Origin: Tubulanus polymorphus
Lineage: Eukaryota; Animalia; Nemertea
Length of the DNA: 64,000 bases
Direction: 5' to 3'
Assembly: GCF_964204645.1 (NCBI RefSeq)
Contig: NC_134027.1
Coordinates: forward strand, 20,050,560-20,114,559
Notes under the pieces: generated by a model
Told to the model about the DNA's origin: nothing
Database searches by the model: none
The model's input: only the letters and a program-made list of their open reading frames with translations
Made by a program: the position numbers and the translations under genes
Shown: positions 58,729 to 64,000 of the stretch, piece by piece
Numbering within the stretch: position 1 is the first letter of the stretch
Layout of the letters: every line of letters starts with the position of its first letter

Positions 58729-61329
58729 CCCTTATCGTCCCATGTTCGACTATAGTCGAATCCAATTGTTGTCAGTTTAATTTCCATGTTCGACTATAGT
58801 CGAATCATGAACACCCGCTACATTGCCTCGAGATTCTCCGGCATGCGGCGCTGGATCCGCGTTTTAGACAGTGCCTAGTATAGACGGCGTCCCGGTCGAT
58901 TAGCCGCCGTAAAAATTTTACGAAGTTGCAATTCAAAGTTTTGGAGTATTTCTACGTGAAAAAATCATGAATGTTAGCCAGGTATTAGATGAAATTTTCG
59001 CAGATGATGACTCTGGAGATGACGATTTGCCGTCTGATTCTGGATATAGCGAGGAACATGATGAATCCCAGTCAAATGTTTCTGATAATGACGACAATTA
59101 TGCATCAGATGAGGACAATCCACTGCCTCCCCCGTCTCCCCCACCTGCCCTAGCCCCTGATTCTGGTAGTGATCATGACAGTGGCAATCAATCTGATAAT
59201 CAAGATGATCGTGGCAGGCCTAGAGGTAGAATTATTCCCCCTAATAGATAGAGAAGCAGATCCAGATCTCCTGTTAGGGTTCCCGCTAGGCCTAGAGGCA
59301 GGGGAAGGGCTGCTCCAGCTAGAGGAAGAGGAAGAGGAAGAGGCAGGGGTCGCGGCCGTGCAGTTCCAAATGCGCCATTGCTAGATAACTGGCAGGACCA
59401 CGACGGGACTATGCCAGATTGGTTGCAGAATACACCAAATCAAGGAAAGCCTGTAGTTGATACTACAGGGTACACTAAAAAGGATTTTTTGAACCTAACA
59501 TTATCGCCACATATAGTTGACAAATTAGTAATGGAAACAAATCGTTACTTCGACCAGTATGCCGCTGGACAAAATGCAAAAGAATCTGTGGTGAATTCAT
59601 GGCAGCCCGTTACTCATCAGGAAATGAATGCTTTTTTAGCAATTATTATAGTTGCAGCAACGTGCAGAAAAGATCCTTTCAAACATATGTGGAGTACCAA
59701 CTGGATGATTGAAATGCCTGGTATAAGGTCGGTTATGTCAAGAAATAGGTTCCAGGATATATTGAGGTTTCTACACACTGTGGACAATACACAGGCTGTA
59801 CCACAAGGTCAGCCTGGATATCATAGGTGTTTTAAAATCAAATCTTTCAGTCAAGATTTAGCAACCGCTTGGCAGAAAGCGTATAATCTTGAGAAAAACA
59901 TATCAATAAATGAATGTATGGTGGCCTTCAAGGGACGTATTCATTTTATGCAATATATGCCCAAAAAACCCAAGAAATGGGGAATGAAAGCTTGGGTGCT
60001 TGCAGGCAGTGGAACTGGATATGAATATGACTGGAAGCTATATTCTGGGAAAGATGGTGACCTTGTAGAGAAAGACTTGAGTTCGAAAGTAGTCAAAAAT
60101 CTTGTGGCCGGACTTCCACATGGTCATGTACTGTACACGGACAACTTTTATTCAAATGTAGCATTATTTGAGGATCTAAAAACAATGGGGATAGGTGCAT
60201 GTGGAACGGTGAAGTCCAACAGAAAGAGAAACCCTCCCGAAATTCAAAGATTTAACGAAAAGACTAGTGAGCGAATTCTTCGTGAAATTTCCCCTATCTA
60301 TAAATATAATGGAAACGTTTTAGCCATCGGATGGATGGACAAACGCCCAGTTTGTCTGCTTTCAACTATTCATTCATCAGATACTGTAAAAAAGCGTGTT
60401 CGTGACAGACGCCAACAAAATGGATATAGAGAAGTTGATAAACCCACCGCGGTAAATGATTACAACTTTTTATGGGAGGAGTTGATCGATCAGATCAAAT
60501 GAATTCGTACTTCAGTGTTACTCAACGTACGGTCAAGTGGTGGAAAAAGGTATTATTTCACCTCATTGTCACTGCGATTACAAATGCTTATCTGCTGTAT
60601 AAGTCAGCGACAGCTAACCCCAGTGAACATCATGACTTTTTGTTAGATTTAGCAAAAGAACTTTTGGAGGGATACTTGAGGACCCGTCCGACAGTTGTCC
60701 CAGCAGGTGATAATGAGATGCGTCTGACTGAAAGACATTTCCTCGAAAAAGTTGACCAGAAACCTAACTGCGCTGTATGTACAAAGAGAGATCCAGTGAA
60801 CCCAAAAAAATACCTTAGACGGAAACAGTATACGGCTACGATTTACAGTATACAGGTGTTCCTAAAGTTGGACTATGCGCTGTGCTGTGTTTTGAAATTT
60901 TTCATCACAGAAGCACTATGTACGGTACTATGAACGCCATTTCCTCCAATAAGAAAGGTAATGATATTAATATTTCTCTATTTTTATTGTCACATATGTA
61001 ATTTAGATCACATTTTGCAGTGCAGTTAGCATTTATTTCTGATTTTACAGACATTATAAATTTTTCCCACAAAATTCGGCAAATTTCATACATTTTATAC
61101 AAAAAACGTCGAATTTTATCAAATTTTCTTTTGTCAAATCTAAAAACATCATATACCATAAGAATCTGCAGAATGTGCTCTAGTAAGTTTTCTTTTACAG
61201 CTAAAGGCTAGGAGCAATAGTTTTTGCACTAGAGGAATTTGAAGTTAGGTACTAATTTTGGTCTATTGTTGCAATGTACAGCCGGGATCCGTGGTAACCA
61301 GTGTCAATGTACAGCTGGGTGCGAAAGGG
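58729..61329 (+). mobile_element. piggyBac DNA transposon (decayed) in an IPO9 intron
   Basis: TTAA|CCCTTATCGTCCCA ... TGGGTGCGAAAGGG|TTTA. Duplicated subterminal palindrome TTCGACTATAGTCGAA on the left, CAATGTACAGCYGGG twice on the right, and an internal transposase. Confidence 0.88.
58967..60930 (+). pseudogene. piggyBac (PGBD4-like) transposase with inactivating lesions
   Basis: Acidic N-terminus; in-frame TAG at 59249-59251; MSRNRF, YMPKKPKKWG and YTDNFY motifs; first catalytic motif reads SINE instead of SIDE; frameshift near 60470 before MGGVDRSDQ; second frameshift in the C-terminal Cys-rich domain (CAVC...VGLCAVLCFEIFH). Confidence 0.88.
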
Positions 61330-61343
61330 TTTAGTTCACTTTT

Positions 61344-62994
61344 GGGTCATTCTCCGCTAAATGTGAAAACGCGTGTCCCTGGACATTTAACGTTAGAATA
61401 AAAATTGTGAATAATTTTTGATTTTTTTTTCACCTGTGTATGATCATTTAGATATATGCTTTTAATTCATGTACTTTTTATGACATTCATTTATGAATAA
61501 AAATATATTTTTCAATTTAAAAAACCCATGGGCATCCATTTTAGCGTGCCCCCAACGAACCCAATCCAGTTTATTAACTATATTTAAAAAACACCAACAT
61601 ATTTGAAGTTCATATTTTATGGTTATATCCTAAGATAAATGATTTAGAAAAACAATGAGAAAAGTCAATACCCATTACCAAAGGATTTGAGCCGTTTTTT
61701 AGAAAAAAAATTCCTTAAAAAACCTTTCCCTCATTTTCGTTCATCTCCGTCACGCTGGATCTTAGGCAACTCTAAGCAAGCGAGAAAAACAAAAAAATCG
61801 TCAAAGTCATGTGGAACGTACCATACGGCGCCATTTTCAAAAATACTGACCACGGTTAGACGTTGAAGGTAAGAATAACAGCATTATATCATGATATTTC
61901 ATTGGAGACGGCGTGTATGTTAATTCATCATCATCATCTCCGAACGTAGTAATATGAAGAGACGTGATCGACAGTGGAAAAAGTCACCGGCACACGATAA
62001 ATAATTGTGTCAATATTGAATAATCATTAACCCTTTCATCTCCGTCACATTCATCTCCGTCACATTTCAGTAGTCAATATTTGTGACGGAGATGAAAGGT
62101 TTTGTGACGGGGAAGAAAAAAAAACGAAACGGCTTGTTTTCATGGATGATTTAATTTATTTTGATAAGAGATAACAAGTAAAAATAATGTCAAACTACTA
62201 CTGATATAGATCAACTGTTTATCGTCTCAAAAACATGGTTCTTACCAATGCTGAAAGGGCAAAACGCTACAGAGAAAAGAAAAAGAACAGTGATCCTGCA
62301 TATGTCGAAAAGGAATCGAAGAGAAAACGTGAGGCGTATGTGCCCATCGCGGAACGCTCAAATCGAGAAATCCGTCGTACGCGCCGGCACTGGCGGAAAT
62401 TAAAAGAGGTCATGGAATGTTCATCTCCGTCACATAAATTCATCTCCGTTACGATGAACAAAAATAGATTTTCTCAAGTAATGGAAATACTTACGTAAAC
62501 AGAAATTGCATGACAAAATAAAATGAAATAAACGCATTTCAGTGACAATGGCATGATTAAATTTTTTGTAAACAGACATGTGAAAATAACTCAATATGCT
62601 TAAAACGGTTGCTTACTACAAATTACCATATTCCTTAACTTTGGCCCCAAAATACTGCACTTATGAAAATCGATATAATATTTGGATTACACCTGAAATA
62701 TTGTTTTCTTAAAGTACTCTAATGAAGTAATCTTATTATATGGATAGTTCTCGAGGAATGGATTATAGGCAATATTTATTCAATTATGGATAACCGTGAC
62801 GGAGATGAATGGGGTCGTGACGCCATATGTTATAGTGACGTCATAGAGGTCAGTTAATGGTCATTCAGCACTGCTGAGCAATGTGAAAGAGTTTTATCTT
62901 AAATTACAAAAAATAGTATTTGTTCATGAAACTCTGAAACAAAAATATTGTGAAGTACTAACTACAAGTTTTCATATTTAGCGGAGAATGACCC
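61344..62994 (+). mobile_element. Internally deleted DNA transposon, Sola2-like (GGG termini, 4-bp TSD)
   Basis: TTTT|GGGTCATTCTCCGCTAAATGTGAAAAC ... GTTTTCATATTTAGCGGAGAATGACCC|TTTT (27-bp TIR, 1 mismatch). Many TTCATCTCCGTCAC repeats in both orientations. Truncated ORF MVLTNAERAKRYREKKK from 62235. The superfamily call is inferred from the termini and TSD length. Confidence 0.65.
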
Positions 62995-63261
62995 TTTTAA
63001 ATGATGTATCATCTTCGGGATGTGTATCTTTCTTTAAAAGAAATCCGTATATTTCTAGACCATTCTACATTGACCCTGTTCTTCCAATACTGAAAAAGCG
63101 TATTTGAGTATCAAAAGGAAACTTCTTTTTATGCCTTAATGAGCTACACCTCCGCTAATGCAGATGTGGAGCTGAATCTGATGTAAATGAGGGCCATCAT
63201 CAGTCGAAACCGCTAGTGGCATTTATGCCTTCTGCTGACCCTTGGGGAATAACGAGTACTG

Positions 63262-63441
63262 AATCCAGGAAGAAAGCCACTAAATATTTGGATGGATATA
63301 TGAAAGCTGTGGGTACTGGAGTGTGTAATGGGTAGTGTAGTGTGATCTGTGTGCATTTGTGGCCAGCACACAGATCACATTGTTCATTGGGGTTTAGTCC
63401 AGGACTCGCGAGATTTTCAACAACACGGAAGTAACGTGTAA
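63262..63441 (-). repeat. Interspersed repeat, copy 2 of 2
   Basis: Reverse complement of 13219-13400; abuts the 3' end of the neighbouring HINE. Confidence 0.85.
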
Positions 63442-64000
63442 CAAGAGCCCCAAGGGGCACAATGGCCAGCCTGTCAGATTTGCTTTTTATAAATGATGTA
63501 ATCTGTGGGTTATATTTATCAATATACACTCCCTGCTCAATATCATTTACATAGTAAAATCGTGTGTTAACACAGACAGCAGGAACGAATGTAATATAGA
63601 AATACTAAGTTATTGTATTGTTCAACGCCCCTGGTGGCCATATACAAAAACCAATGAGCTTGAAACTCACCAAGATCATAGACCATGTCATGAGCTACAA
63701 CTTTCCAATTGATTGTGGTAGCAAAATATGCATAGGTACGATTGTAATATAGAAATACTAAGTTAGTGTATTGTTCAACGCCCCCTGGTGGCCATAAACA
63801 AAAATCAATGAGCTTGAAACTCACCTCGATCATAGAACATGTCATGAGCTACAACTTTCCAATTGATTATAGTAGCAAAATATGCTTAAGTATCAATTAT
63901 GATGTGGAAAAACTTTTTTTCCACCTACGAATGAGTACTGATGACCCCAAGATGGCCGCCAAGTGCGTCATAATTGCCTGGTCAAAAATACCCTCTCGGA
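63440..64000 (-). mobile_element. 3' part of a HINE with internal tandem repeats of about 155 bp, running off the window
   Basis: AACAAGAGCCCCAAGGGGC end as at 54601; two tandem copies of GTAATATAGAAATACTAAGTTA...CATGAGCTACAACTTTCCAATTGATT, related to 49720-49915. Confidence 0.65.

Noticed and set aside
63175-63225. ATGAGGGC...GTCGAAACCGCTAGT hammerhead-like remnant
   Set aside because: The CUGANGA box is not intact next to the helix; too degenerate to call.

Overview
Intron-rich, AT-rich animal genomic DNA, probably from a marine invertebrate (inferred from repeat types and gene structure). It holds four host genes: IQCA1/DRC11 (+, complete CDS 3302-21428), DNAJB9/ERdj4 (-, complete CDS 27852-29785), TAF3 (+, complete CDS 38084-50547) and the last five coding exons of IPO9 (-, 53006-58605). 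The main oddities are: (1) a tandemly duplicated 72-nt exon pair in IQCA1 that would give two alternative versions of its IQ motif; (2) a 6.6-kb TIR-bounded element between the divergent DNAJB9 and TAF3 starts, filled by a ~190-bp satellite that shares the TIR palindromic motif and is organised as nested higher-order repeats (742/1103/1845 bp); (3) a very AT-rich Polinton-like polymerase frame at the left edge, broken only by in-frame TAA codons, next to a perfect 25-bp hairpin; (4) Penelope-type hammerhead cores, one inside a 235-bp insertion with a 13-bp target-site duplication; (5) a possible unannotated spliced minus-strand transcript downstream of DNAJB9. The introns also carry a decayed piggyBac, a Sola2-like deletion derivative, Helentron-type (HINE) elements and many MITEs. 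All coordinates were read by eye, homology calls are from memory of the families, and no searches were run.
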